Source: Polaribacter sp. (GTDB lineage: Bacteria > Verrucomicrobiota > Verrucomicrobiia > Opitutales > Coraliomargaritaceae). From it: a stretch of DNA of 51,367 bases. Both the position numbers and the translations under genes were made by a program. The first letter of the stretch is position 1, and each line of letters begins with the position of its first letter. The notes beneath the pieces were generated by a model. That model was not told where the DNA came from. It did not search any database and saw only the letters and a program-made list of their open reading frames with translations. Below are positions 20,960 to 30,279 of the stretch, in pieces. Location: the NCBI GenBank assembly GCA_964226535.1, contig CAXQRK010000125.1, forward strand, positions 1 to 51,367, in the 5' to 3' direction.

Positions 20960-23092
20960 CTATTGCTTTGGTTCAGCGGAAGTGTTTGGTTGAGAACTGT
21001 GCATATGGTCCTGTTCGACACTTTTTTGATTTTCGAGTGCTGCAGGAATGAAGCTATCTTCGACATACAAGTTCCCTAGACTAGAGGTTTCTATATATTT
21101 GCGTAATGCATGACGCTCGATTGCGGAATCAACTTGTTTGTCCGTGTCTTTGGCGGCATCCGAGGCATTTGTTAAGATCGTTGGTTTGATGAAGATGATC
21201 AGCTCTGTTCTTCGATAGTCTTCACCCTTACTTTTAAATAAACGGCCGAGCAGAGGCAGATCGCCTAATCCTTCGAGACTACCCCTACTTTGGTTTTTTC
21301 GATTTTCTTGTAGTCCTGCTAGAACAACGACATCGCCATCATTGACACTTAAATAGGAAGTGGCTTCACGTTTGCCAATCACCGGCTGTTCATTGCCATC
21401 AATATCCACCGGCTCACCAATTACATTTTCGATGAGTTGCTCAATTTCCATTTGTACGGTTCCATCCGAGCCAATCAAGGGTGTTACGCGTAGTTGAATA
21501 CCAATATCGCGATATTCAACGGTACTACGCGTATTATTATTGCTATCCAATGAACTCGTTGAAGAGGTTACAATCGGGCGAGACTGACTAACATTGATCA
21601 CCGCTTCTTGATTATGGCTAACCACAACAACAGGTGTTGAAATAATCCGCACGTTTGATTTACTTTCAGCAGTTCCGAGCACTAGGTCTAAACTAAAGTT
21701 TTTTAGGGACATCCCTACCTCTGAGCCTGCGTCAGTGGTAAATCCGGTATTAATTTCATTACTGCCCGAAAGATTGTAGTCCAATTGGAAGCTATCGATC
21801 CCTCTGGATTCATTATCTTCCAGCTGAACTTGAGTGATAATAGCTTCAATACGTACCTGCGGTAATGGACGATCAATCAGGTCAATCAACTCTCCAAGCG
21901 TCTTTAAATCGCTCGGCGTCCCGTAGGCTACGATTGCATTGGTACGTTCATCGGCGGAGAGGCCGACGAAATTGGAAAACTGCAGTGAACTGTTGGAGGA
22001 ATCGGCACTTGCGATGGCTTCGGCCGTGGGCGGCGGCGCGGCAGTTTCAGTTGGGAGGCTACCTGGGGGGGCGGCGGCGCTTGGGGAATTCCGATTGCTG
22101 GCATCCAGATCAACTCTGGCATCTTTTCCCCGACCTTGTTGTTGGCCGGAAATGATTTCATTAATGATGGCGACCACATCGGCGGCCTTGGCCTGGCGAA
22201 GTGGGAAGACTTCGCTACTGGTGAGGGGGGCCGCATCCACATCAACGTGGTCGATGATATCTAGGATCAGTTGCAGATTGCCCGGATGTGTGATCAGGAT
22301 AAGTTGGTTAGTGCGTTCGTCTGCAGTTACATTGGTATTGCCCTCCAGATAGCTTTTCAGGGGGCCGGTGATCAGATTCTGGATGCGCGACTGCATGTCA
22401 CTTGCCTGAATGTAGTTGAGCTTGATGAAGCGAATCTCTTCGCGCACATCTTGCGCCTGGTCCATCTCATTGACCAGGCGCTCGATGCGCTGTAGGTTGA
22501 TCAATGCATCGCTGACCAGCATCGCATTTGATTTCTGAAAAATAACGATACTAGAGTTTTGTGAGAGCAGCGGTGTGACGGTCGTTCCACTCGTTGCTTC
22601 TGCTTGCAAGTATTTAAACTTAAACAATTTGGCATAAATCTGCTGACTTGGGGGCAGGTCCAGCGTGCTGCCCACAATCATTTCCGGCACGTGGCTGTTA
22701 ACATTGGTCGCCGGCACCGCCTTCATGAAGCGCCCGCCCATGTCGGTCAGCATGATTGCATTGAGGCTGAGTAAACTTTCCAGGGCGAGCACGGCTTCAC
22801 CTTTGGTCAGTGGGCCACGCGAGTTGAAATTGATTTTGACAGCCGCAATATCCTGGCGGCGCAGGATGATCTTATCGGTCATCTTTTCCAACATGTCGAG
22901 CACTTGTAGAGCGGTCTCGTCGCGCAGCACAATGAGGCCCACCATTTCCTCAGGATTCTTCACGCGAGGTTCGAGGGGGATGGTTGGTTCTGTTGCTGGG
23001 CCAGGTATGGGTTGACCGGATAGGGGCGCAGCAAGCAGCAACAAGAGGCATTTCAGAAAGCGTGTAATACGAAAGGTGGTAGTCATCATCAA
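20960..23092 (-). CDS. gspD: Type II secretion secretin GspD-like
   Basis: Signal peptide, N-domain repeats (ADERTNQL, ADERTNAI), QVRIEA, YRDIGIQLRVTP, LPLLGRLF and TELIIFIKP. Confidence 0.9.
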   Translation of the reverse strand: MMMTTTFRITRFLKCLLLLLAAPLSGQPIPGPATEPTIPLEPRVKNPEEMVGLIVLRDETALQVLDMLEKMTDKIILRRQDIAAVKINFNSRGPLTKGEAVLALESLLSLNAIMLTDMGGRFMKAVPATNVNSHVPEMIVGSTLDLPPSQQIYAKLFKFKYLQAEATSGTTVTPLLSQNSSIVIFQKSNAMLVSDALINLQRIERLVNEMDQAQDVREEIRFIKLNYIQASDMQSRIQNLITGPLKSYLEGNTNVTADERTNQLILITHPGNLQLILDIIDHVDVDAAPLTSSEVFPLRQAKAADVVAIINEIISGQQQGRGKDARVDLDASNRNSPSAAAPPGSLPTETAAPPPTAEAIASADSSNSSLQFSNFVGLSADERTNAIVAYGTPSDLKTLGELIDLIDRPLPQVRIEAIITQVQLEDNESRGIDSFQLDYNLSGSNEINTGFTTDAGSEVGMSLKNFSLDLVLGTAESKSNVRIISTPVVVVSHNQEAVINVSQSRPIVTSSTSSLDSNNNTRSTVEYRDIGIQLRVTPLIGSDGTVQMEIEQLIENVIGEPVDIDGNEQPVIGKREATSYLSVNDGDVVVLAGLQENRKNQSRGSLEGLGDLPLLGRLFKSKGEDYRRTELIIFIKPTILTNASDAAKDTDKQVDSAIERHALRKYIETSSLGNLYVEDSFIPAALENQKSVEQDHMHSSQPNTSAEPKQ

Positions 23093-23113
23093 AGCAGCGC
23101 AGCGCGGGCGTTT

Positions 23114-23665
23114 TTATGGGTTTTTCAGGTCGAAAGAGTTCATTTCAAAGCGAACATCCAGTTCTTCAGGCTTGCGCCTGTTTTTTGTGATGCGGACACT
23201 TTGCCGGTTGAGATAGGGGGTTTCCTGACTGAGTAACTGGTTTAATTGGATCAATTGAGCAATCGAGATGCGGCGCAAACGTATATGAATGGTGTGGTCA
23301 TTAAAAATTTCGCCGGTGCGTGTGCGTACCGGATCGATATCAGCCGCGCTAGAAAGCGCTACCTGACGCAGGATGCTATCGATTCGTCCAGACAGTTGAG
23401 TGGCCGCATAGGTTTTTTCCGGATCAACTCGTTGCAGTGCTTGGGCGAGTTTGAGTGCAAATTGATCTTCGCGCTCGAGCCAATGTTGTTGGATGGCGAG
23501 CGTGGCTTGATCGTGTTGGCGGTTGGTATTCCATGTGGACATACGATTGAGCAAGCTTCCAGTCCAGAGAATGAGCATGACCAGAAGGAACAGCAGCGAG
23601 AGCAGTTTCTCACGCAATGTCATGCGCCGCAAGAACTGGTGGATTTTGTGTCGCGCTAGGTACAT
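23114..23665 (-). CDS. GspM/PilO-like type II secretion inner-membrane protein
   Basis: MTLREKLL followed by a single TM and periplasmic domain; lies between the GspL-like gene and gspD. Confidence 0.65.
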   Translation of the reverse strand: MYLARHKIHQFLRRMTLREKLLSLLFLLVMLILWTGSLLNRMSTWNTNRQHDQATLAIQQHWLEREDQFALKLAQALQRVDPEKTYAATQLSGRIDSILRQVALSSAADIDPVRTRTGEIFNDHTIHIRLRRISIAQLIQLNQLLSQETPYLNRQSVRITKNRRKPEELDVRFEMNSFDLKNP

Positions 23666-24954
23666 TAGAGCTCAACCTCCGGTATTGGTGGACGCTGGCT
23701 GCCAGTGGCTGAGTCTGGTAACGGCGGTTCAGTCGGGATATACACCAGGCTCACGGTAAACGTGGTTTTGCCACCGCGGGTAATCGATTCGGGATCGCCA
23801 AGTAACTTGAATTGACCGGTTTGCTGCAAGCTTTCAGTGTAGCGGTTCAGACTATTAATACTGGCGGCTTTGCCTTCGATGGTCATCTCATTTTCGCCTT
23901 CGATCACTACTTCATCATATTCGATCCCTAGATTGAGCCCCAAGCGCACCTCATTGGCCGCGGCTAAAATTGCAATTGGGCGCAGTTCATTGCGCGCGAC
24001 TTGTTCCAGTTTATTGATTAGGGTCTGTTGGTCTTCAATGCGCAGTACCGCGGTACGTTGGGCATCGATTTTATTCTGCAATGTGTCAAGCCAGGCTTGA
24101 CCGGCAAACAAAGCCACTTCGAACCCGATTAAGAATAAGGCAAAAAATCCGGCCCAGGTGGCAATCCGGCCGATCAGTGTACCGATGCGACGAGTGTTGC
24201 GTTCCGTTTGTTTAAACTCTCTGCTGCGCACATCGGCGTGCCAGAGTGACTCTTCAATCGCAGTCAATTTTTGCCAGGTGCCATAGTCATGGAGCTCTTC
24301 AGCCTGCTCAAGCGCTGCTTGATAAAAGGTTGGGACATCTCGATCACTGAGATCGGTGTGACGGTGGCAGAGTCGAATGGTAACACATGTTTGAGACAGC
24401 TCTTTGGCACTCGCTTTGAGTGTTGCAAGCACTTGCGCCGGTTCACTGACTCCCAAACGATCGACCCAAACGGAACGCGGGATTCGCATACCTTTTGCAA
24501 AGTGCAGTAAGCTGATGCAATGGGCGGATTCCAGTGCCACGAGGACATCCTCTGGAAAGCAAGCTCCCGCGAGTATGGCGAAATCAGGCAGTACCCAGAC
24601 ATAATGGGTTAAATCGGTGTAGCCAGTATCTTTCAAGCGCTCGCGATGAGCGGCATAGACTAGAATAGTGGACATCTCTGCGTGATAGAGATAGCCCCAA
24701 TTGAGTTGTTCGATCGGAAAGGGGGCGACTGCTTCGAGACTCAATTCAACAAAATCTTCAATATCGCCAGCCTCTAGCACTGCCGGCACCTCAATCGTAT
24801 CAATAAAAAACAGATCACCGGGTAACAGCAGTACTGGTACGGGCTCAGTTGAAGATACGATTGATGGTGGGTCTTTCAAAGCTTGGATCGGGCAAATTCG
24901 ATTTCGACACAAACACTTTCCGCCACAATGTCGATGGTCGAATACCATCTGCAA
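23665..24954 (-). CDS. GspL/PilN-like type II secretion protein
   Basis: Cytoplasmic domain (APFPIEQLNWGY), single TM, coiled coil and PilN-like C-terminus; TAATG overlap with the next gene. Start uncertain. Confidence 0.6.
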   Translation of the reverse strand: MQMVFDHRHCGGKCLCRNRICPIQALKDPPSIVSSTEPVPVLLLPGDLFFIDTIEVPAVLEAGDIEDFVELSLEAVAPFPIEQLNWGYLYHAEMSTILVYAAHRERLKDTGYTDLTHYVWVLPDFAILAGACFPEDVLVALESAHCISLLHFAKGMRIPRSVWVDRLGVSEPAQVLATLKASAKELSQTCVTIRLCHRHTDLSDRDVPTFYQAALEQAEELHDYGTWQKLTAIEESLWHADVRSREFKQTERNTRRIGTLIGRIATWAGFFALFLIGFEVALFAGQAWLDTLQNKIDAQRTAVLRIEDQQTLINKLEQVARNELRPIAILAAANEVRLGLNLGIEYDEVVIEGENEMTIEGKAASINSLNRYTESLQQTGQFKLLGDPESITRGGKTTFTVSLVYIPTEPPLPDSATGSQRPPIPEVEL

Positions 24955-25008
24955 TGTGAGAAATCACTGTACATAAAATTACTGATGCCACCGACTCGTT
25001 GCACCTGT

Positions 25009-27465
25009 TTATGCCTGATGAGCTATGTTCAAGTGCAACCACTCGCCCAACTCCTCCATGCTATTGCCTGAAAAATCATCCGTGCGCAACATCAGGTCAA
25101 GCACCACCTCGACATCATAGCTGCGCGTAGCTGTCTTTTGTTTGATCCAGTCAAGAAATGGCTGCTGTACTTCTGCCTGATTATCTTCCATTGTCACACC
25201 CAGCTTGTTCAGCCAGTACACCGACAGAAAGCGCTCACAAAGGAGTTGCCCCAGTTTTTTGGTGGAATGAATTCGTTTATTGATATCCAAGCCGAGCTGA
25301 CTGTGTCGGTACGCCAGTTGCAGCGCATGGTTCTTTTCGTCGCCTGGTTGTAAACGATAGGCAAGTTCTATATATGTTTCGGCAAGATTATGTAACGCAA
25401 TGGGCAACTGATCTTCATTGCCAATGACTTCCTTTGCATACACCCCTTCACCATTGTACTCCACCCCTTTCTTTAAATAGTGAATGGATTCGTCTAGATC
25501 CAACTTCGATTTGCCCACCATTCGATAAATAATCCCCACATTCACCAACAGGCTACTAATCAAGGACTCTTCCACTTCCGGGATTTTCAAGCCTTTGTCA
25601 TAGATGTTGAGCGCTTGTTCAAATTCCCCCTCCCATTCATAATAGCTGGCCAGTACATTATAATAGCGTGCCAGCTGGTAGTTGTCGCGCTCTCCATCCC
25701 CCATAAGCGAGAGTACCCGATCAATGATGTCAAGGGATTGTTTTGCCGTGTGTTTGTATTGAGCAATACGATTCATTACGACGATTACAGTCAGAGAAAT
25801 GTGTAGGTTCAGTTGTGTGACCGGATCTGCGACGAGACCGGCTCGTTTGGTCGCTGCTGCGGTTGACAGTTCACCACCCAGCCATTCCCGCTCAATTTTG
25901 AGCAACTGTTCCACTGCCGCCTGATACTGGCCTTGTTCCCCAAGCACAATCCCTTTTCCGATCCCCGAATCGATCGGGTAAATCGCCCGCAGATAATCGT
26001 AGCAGATCTCGGTTTTTGGGTACATTCCGGCCCGTCGAAATGCCTGTACCAGATCCTTTAATGAGTCGGTTCGAATCAACCGGAACAGTTTAATCTCAAG
26101 AGTCTCCTTCCCAGCCACTGTATCTGCAACCGTCATCAACTCCCAATATTTGCGCAACAGTTTATACTGCTCTGAATAGGTGATGGCCTGAATAAAACCT
26201 TCGATCGCACGCAATTTTTTGGTGTCGTATATACTGGAACTTAGATGCGTCCCCGCAAGGATCAGAGCTGCTGCAGGGTCGGGGGCCTGTTGCTGCACCG
26301 GCTCTACATTCATTTGCAGCCAAGCCCGCACATAGCCCATTTCCGTCCGCACGATGAGGCGATTTTGCTGCACAATTGCGGGCGCAATCATGCACATATG
26401 ATGGGCGAGCTTATTCACTGGAGCCAGCAAGCCGTAGTCGTTCAGGCAGCGGTTAAAAAATACCTCGACCGACACTTTTTCGCGTGCAGTTTCATTGGAA
26501 AAAAACTGTGCGTCAAACCGCTCCACCAGTAATTCCATCAGCGGTAAGGAGAGCATATTGGTCAACACAGTATCGTCATGCTGCTGTTGTTGCCCGGCGT
26601 CCACATACCAATCATTTGGAACGTTGGCAGTGGAGGCGCAAATCATCACCGGCAGCAATTCGGTTTCCCATTTTTCCAAGTATTCCATTGCAATCGGCCT
26701 CACTTCGGCCGTTTCGGCAAGCACGGTCTCTTGCCATTCAATTCGATGCTCCGTCAATCTTTCCAGTAATTTGCGCAGGGCAAACTTTTCATCCATATGT
26801 GCATGGATCTCTACCGGTAAGTGTGCCGCGAGAATCCCCGGAATCAGGATTTTTTCAACCCACTCCTGTCCCTCTTTCAAAATTCCCGGATTCCAGACTT
26901 CGATTTTATTAACATACTCTCCCTGGTATGATAAAAAATTTAAAGCTCTCAGTGTACGACTTTTATTGCGCTCATTGGTATCGAGGTATTTTTTAGCGTC
27001 TGAAAATGTTTTAGAAAAATCTCCCTGAAAGACCAACGGAAAGGCATAGGCACCGATGATAAACAGTGCCGTTTCCAAATAAAATAATTGAAACTTGCTC
27101 AAGCCGATTCGTGTCGTGCCTTCTCCTAAACTAATCAGTTCGTTCACCAGATTCCCATAGGCGCCAAGGATACCGATTAAAACGATCATCAACACCGCAG
27201 GAAGTACTAACAGTAAAGGTTCCAACAGATAATTACGCAGCAGCCTCAGATACAGCTGCTTGCTTGAGTGTTTAATCTGCTGGTGCAGCTGTTTTATAAT
27301 CCCTTCGATGGTATCCCCGGAGCGAATCGCGATACACAGAGTCTTGTTGTTGAGACTGACCGATTGTTCTGCGCCTTGCCCCCTGGACGGGGCCTGCCAA
27401 AGCAAGCCTCCGGTGATGGTTGCTGGTGGATTGTGAGACGCAATCGAAAAATTATGTTCTTTCAT
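25009..27465 (-). CDS. Hypothetical protein with two N-terminal TM helices and C-terminal TPR-like repeats
   Basis: Hydrophobic LLLVLPAVLMIVLIGILGAYG and FYLETALFIIGAYAFPLVF; TPR-like LARYYNVLASYY, LLVNVGIIYR and ALHNLAETY. Confidence 0.75.
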   Translation of the reverse strand: MKEHNFSIASHNPPATITGGLLWQAPSRGQGAEQSVSLNNKTLCIAIRSGDTIEGIIKQLHQQIKHSSKQLYLRLLRNYLLEPLLLVLPAVLMIVLIGILGAYGNLVNELISLGEGTTRIGLSKFQLFYLETALFIIGAYAFPLVFQGDFSKTFSDAKKYLDTNERNKSRTLRALNFLSYQGEYVNKIEVWNPGILKEGQEWVEKILIPGILAAHLPVEIHAHMDEKFALRKLLERLTEHRIEWQETVLAETAEVRPIAMEYLEKWETELLPVMICASTANVPNDWYVDAGQQQQHDDTVLTNMLSLPLMELLVERFDAQFFSNETAREKVSVEVFFNRCLNDYGLLAPVNKLAHHMCMIAPAIVQQNRLIVRTEMGYVRAWLQMNVEPVQQQAPDPAAALILAGTHLSSSIYDTKKLRAIEGFIQAITYSEQYKLLRKYWELMTVADTVAGKETLEIKLFRLIRTDSLKDLVQAFRRAGMYPKTEICYDYLRAIYPIDSGIGKGIVLGEQGQYQAAVEQLLKIEREWLGGELSTAAATKRAGLVADPVTQLNLHISLTVIVVMNRIAQYKHTAKQSLDIIDRVLSLMGDGERDNYQLARYYNVLASYYEWEGEFEQALNIYDKGLKIPEVEESLISSLLVNVGIIYRMVGKSKLDLDESIHYLKKGVEYNGEGVYAKEVIGNEDQLPIALHNLAETYIELAYRLQPGDEKNHALQLAYRHSQLGLDINKRIHSTKKLGQLLCERFLSVYWLNKLGVTMEDNQAEVQQPFLDWIKQKTATRSYDVEVVLDLMLRTDDFSGNSMEELGEWLHLNIAHQA

Positions 27466-27514
27466 CGGATCCGGTGTTCAACAATATGGGCCCTACACAC
27501 CTCTTTCGCTGTGA

Positions 27515-28135
27515 TCATTGATCAAATTCCAAGTTCGTTAGTTGCTGCAAATAATCTTTGTAATAGTCCACCACCCGTGTCTGCCCATCCGCCATCCAGG
27601 TGCTTGCATCATACATTCGACCAAATGCTTCGCTGATACGATACGCTCCGACCCTGGCATAAACAATATCTCGCCATAAGGGTAGCACTTTGTTTAGGTC
27701 ATTCTCAATCCAGCGTGCATCCGGCTCGGACATATAAAAATGGCATTCCCCGAGTGAAGTGCCCGAAGTAAAGTCCACACACGCTGCAGTAACTCGCTTA
27801 TAATAACGCTCGCGCTGATCCAGCGATGCCAACTCGGTCGCTTTTGCCTGAAATACGATGGCATTGAACGACTGATCCTCGGCGATTTCAACATTGGCGG
27901 CGGCTTTTTCAATCGGCCCGTGACCAATCCGGTTCTCAACCGGATAATGGTCCGGGATAAGGTTAAATAATCGCTTATACCCGTGTATGATAACTGGGAT
28001 GAACTGCTTTTGATCCGCGCTTTTTTCACTTACCGTATGGCCAAGAGATTCCCTTAATAAAAGCGTCCCATAGCCTGCAATAAAGACGTTTTCTGCAGAT
28101 GGATGGATCAGATTAGAAGAAGGTATTTGAGACAT
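27515..28135 (-). CDS. Gamma-glutamylcyclotransferase (GGCT/AIG2/ChaC-like) family protein
   Basis: FIAGYGTLL, IHGYKRLF and LASLDQRERYY (catalytic Glu region). Confidence 0.75.
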   Translation of the reverse strand: MSQIPSSNLIHPSAENVFIAGYGTLLLRESLGHTVSEKSADQKQFIPVIIHGYKRLFNLIPDHYPVENRIGHGPIEKAAANVEIAEDQSFNAIVFQAKATELASLDQRERYYKRVTAACVDFTSGTSLGECHFYMSEPDARWIENDLNKVLPLWRDIVYARVGAYRISEAFGRMYDASTWMADGQTRVVDYYKDYLQQLTNLEFDQ

Positions 28136-28319
28136 ATTGGTATAATACTGATACAGAAATAGACCTATAATACACTAAAAAAACCTCTGCTAATGGAGAA
28201 TCGCTTCAATGGCATTGTCCAATTCTTTGCAATGTTGCTTGGCGAGTGGTCATTCACCCATATTTAAAATGATGTCTTTCAAGCCAATAGATCCGTCTGG
28301 GAACGGTGAGCTCAAGTGC

Positions 28320-29108
28320 TCAAATTACCGGGACCCCGCGCATTTTATGAATTATACGCTTCTGGCTGCTGGTGAAGGTTTGCGTTTGAAAATAATAACG
28401 TAGATATGCCACCTTTTCGTCATTGTTTAATTCGGTTGAATGCCGTAAAAATCGCGAAACATCCTCAATTGAGCATTCTGCAGAAGATGAAGGTTGCCTG
28501 GCCTTTTCCCAGTCAATCAGTCGAACAATATAGTCTTCATTCGCATTTTCGGCAATAAAGGCATGTTTTGGATAAAATCCAAAGTGTGCCCAGCCCGCAA
28601 GGTGAATTTCGCGGGCGGCTGTTGCGATTGATTGAAGCGCTTTGAGTATCGATTTCGTGGATTGAGTCTCTCTCGGTCTTGCGTGTTTCAGCCATTTGTC
28701 AAAGGGTTGCAACCCTTCCAATGCTTCAGTAACGATAATTGCGCCTTGTGTGCCATTGTGCTCCCATTGTGAGTAAAGTACTAAGTTGGGCAGGCATTTG
28801 ACGGCCGGAGTCAGTGCTTGCAGTGCTTCAAATTCTCTTTGAAAGGTCAGTCGTTTGCGGAAGCATGTTGAAGCGGCCCGGTAAAAATGATTTTGTTGGA
28901 TTTTCAGGAAGAGCACTTGCCTTTGTTCTGGAACAGCGTTGGGGTTGAGGACCATTCGAGTCACACCACTCCATCCTCCGCGTCGACGATTAGGTGCTTC
29001 AAACCACTCGAATTCACGTTTGGCGACCGCTTCGATATTTAGTAATCCGGTTTTTTCTAATGCGTTTTTCCATTTGGGAGCGACCCATTGCTGTTTAGTT
29101 TGAAACAT
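28320..29108 (-). CDS. Lipopolysaccharide kinase, InaA/Kdo-WaaP family
   Basis: WFEAPNRRRGGWSGV, FLKIQ, REF, HFGFYPKH and LIDWEKAR motifs. Confidence 0.85.
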   Translation of the reverse strand: MFQTKQQWVAPKWKNALEKTGLLNIEAVAKREFEWFEAPNRRRGGWSGVTRMVLNPNAVPEQRQVLFLKIQQNHFYRAASTCFRKRLTFQREFEALQALTPAVKCLPNLVLYSQWEHNGTQGAIIVTEALEGLQPFDKWLKHARPRETQSTKSILKALQSIATAAREIHLAGWAHFGFYPKHAFIAENANEDYIVRLIDWEKARQPSSSAECSIEDVSRFLRHSTELNNDEKVAYLRYYFQTQTFTSSQKRIIHKMRGVPVI

Positions 29109-29343
29109 GGTTTAGTTGTGCTAAAGACGGAGTATGCAGTGGGATGCCTAACCTAGCTTACCTTGTTGTGCGAGGGTTTAGGCGGGGAGTCCCACGATAA
29201 ACCTTCAGAAGTAGTCTCTTGGGGGGCTTATGTAAAGAATGCACCGCCTTTGCGATAATATCTGAGACATGTTTTTCCTGTGTGGATCATCTGATAATGT
29301 ATTAATAGGCGACTCAGATGGATTGTCAATTTGCTACAGCAAC

Positions 29344-30279
29344 TCATATGATCCGCACAACTGATGTCGTCTGGGCTTGGTTTAAGTACTCGTTTAATTG
29401 CTTGAAGTATGGCTTGAACGTTGGATCCTGCGTCGGCCAATTGAGTCCGCGTGCTTGCATTTCAGCATATAGGGTAAGTGCATAGTCTTTTTCACGCAAG
29501 CCCAGGGCAGCACTGATTGCTGCTGCATAGCAGTGCGCCAGTTTGCTGGGAGGAGTCAGTGGCGCAAATACGATTGGCTGTAGGGCCGTGTCGAGTGCGC
29601 CCGCATAGTCTTTGCGACGCAATTGATCCGCGCTGTGGGTATAATAGCCAAGCGCGGAATCCCCATAAGGATCACGTTCAGCCAACCATGCACGGGTAAG
29701 TGGACGGACTTTATCATAGAGCTGCAAGTGGTTGTAACTGTCGAGCACCGCATCGTCGAGCGCTCGCAGTGCGGCAGGATCGGTTATTTGTGGTTTGAGA
29801 ATCGCGATCACTGCAATCGCGCGTGCCGGATTGTCTGAACGGAGGATGAGCTCGACGTAATCAATAAAAAAGTGTGATTCTGCCGCAGGCAGCAGCGGCA
29901 GGATTTTGACTCGCTGCAAATACAGTAATTGCATCAGCTCTAGGGCTTGTTCCGTATCGTTAGCTTCGATCCATTCGACGGCGACCGTCTTGTAGCTTGC
30001 GCCGGGAATAGTGAAATGGTTGACTTTACTTACATTTAAGGTGTGAAGAATCTCACCGATTCCCTCAGAACGGGCGATTTGTATGTCCTCGCCGGAAATG
30101 TTGATTGAGTGGCCGGGGATGGTTTGACCATTTTTGAGGTGAACTAAAATCGGTTCATGCAGTTCGGCGGTGATTGCTGCAAGCCGATCGTTTGGGATCG
30201 CTGCCTGGCTAAGTGTAGCGCATAGGAGGCCGAGAAGGAGGCCGCCCATCATCCACCCATTCGAATTTGGTAAGTTCAT
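29344..30279 (-). CDS. Exported hypothetical helical protein
   Basis: ATGA overlap with the upstream TPR gene at 30276-30279; signal-peptide-like GLLLGLLCATLSQA. Confidence 0.7.
   Translation of the reverse strand: MNLPNSNGWMMGGLLLGLLCATLSQAAIPNDRLAAITAELHEPILVHLKNGQTIPGHSINISGEDIQIARSEGIGEILHTLNVSKVNHFTIPGASYKTVAVEWIEANDTEQALELMQLLYLQRVKILPLLPAAESHFFIDYVELILRSDNPARAIAVIAILKPQITDPAALRALDDAVLDSYNHLQLYDKVRPLTRAWLAERDPYGDSALGYYTHSADQLRRKDYAGALDTALQPIVFAPLTPPSKLAHCYAAAISAALGLREKDYALTLYAEMQARGLNWPTQDPTFKPYFKQLNEYLNQAQTTSVVRII

Noticed and set aside
24950-28235. TGCAATGT at both sides of the TPR/GGCT pair as a target duplication
   Set aside because: An 8-bp match at loosely defined boundaries is expected by chance, and no integrase or inverted repeats are present.
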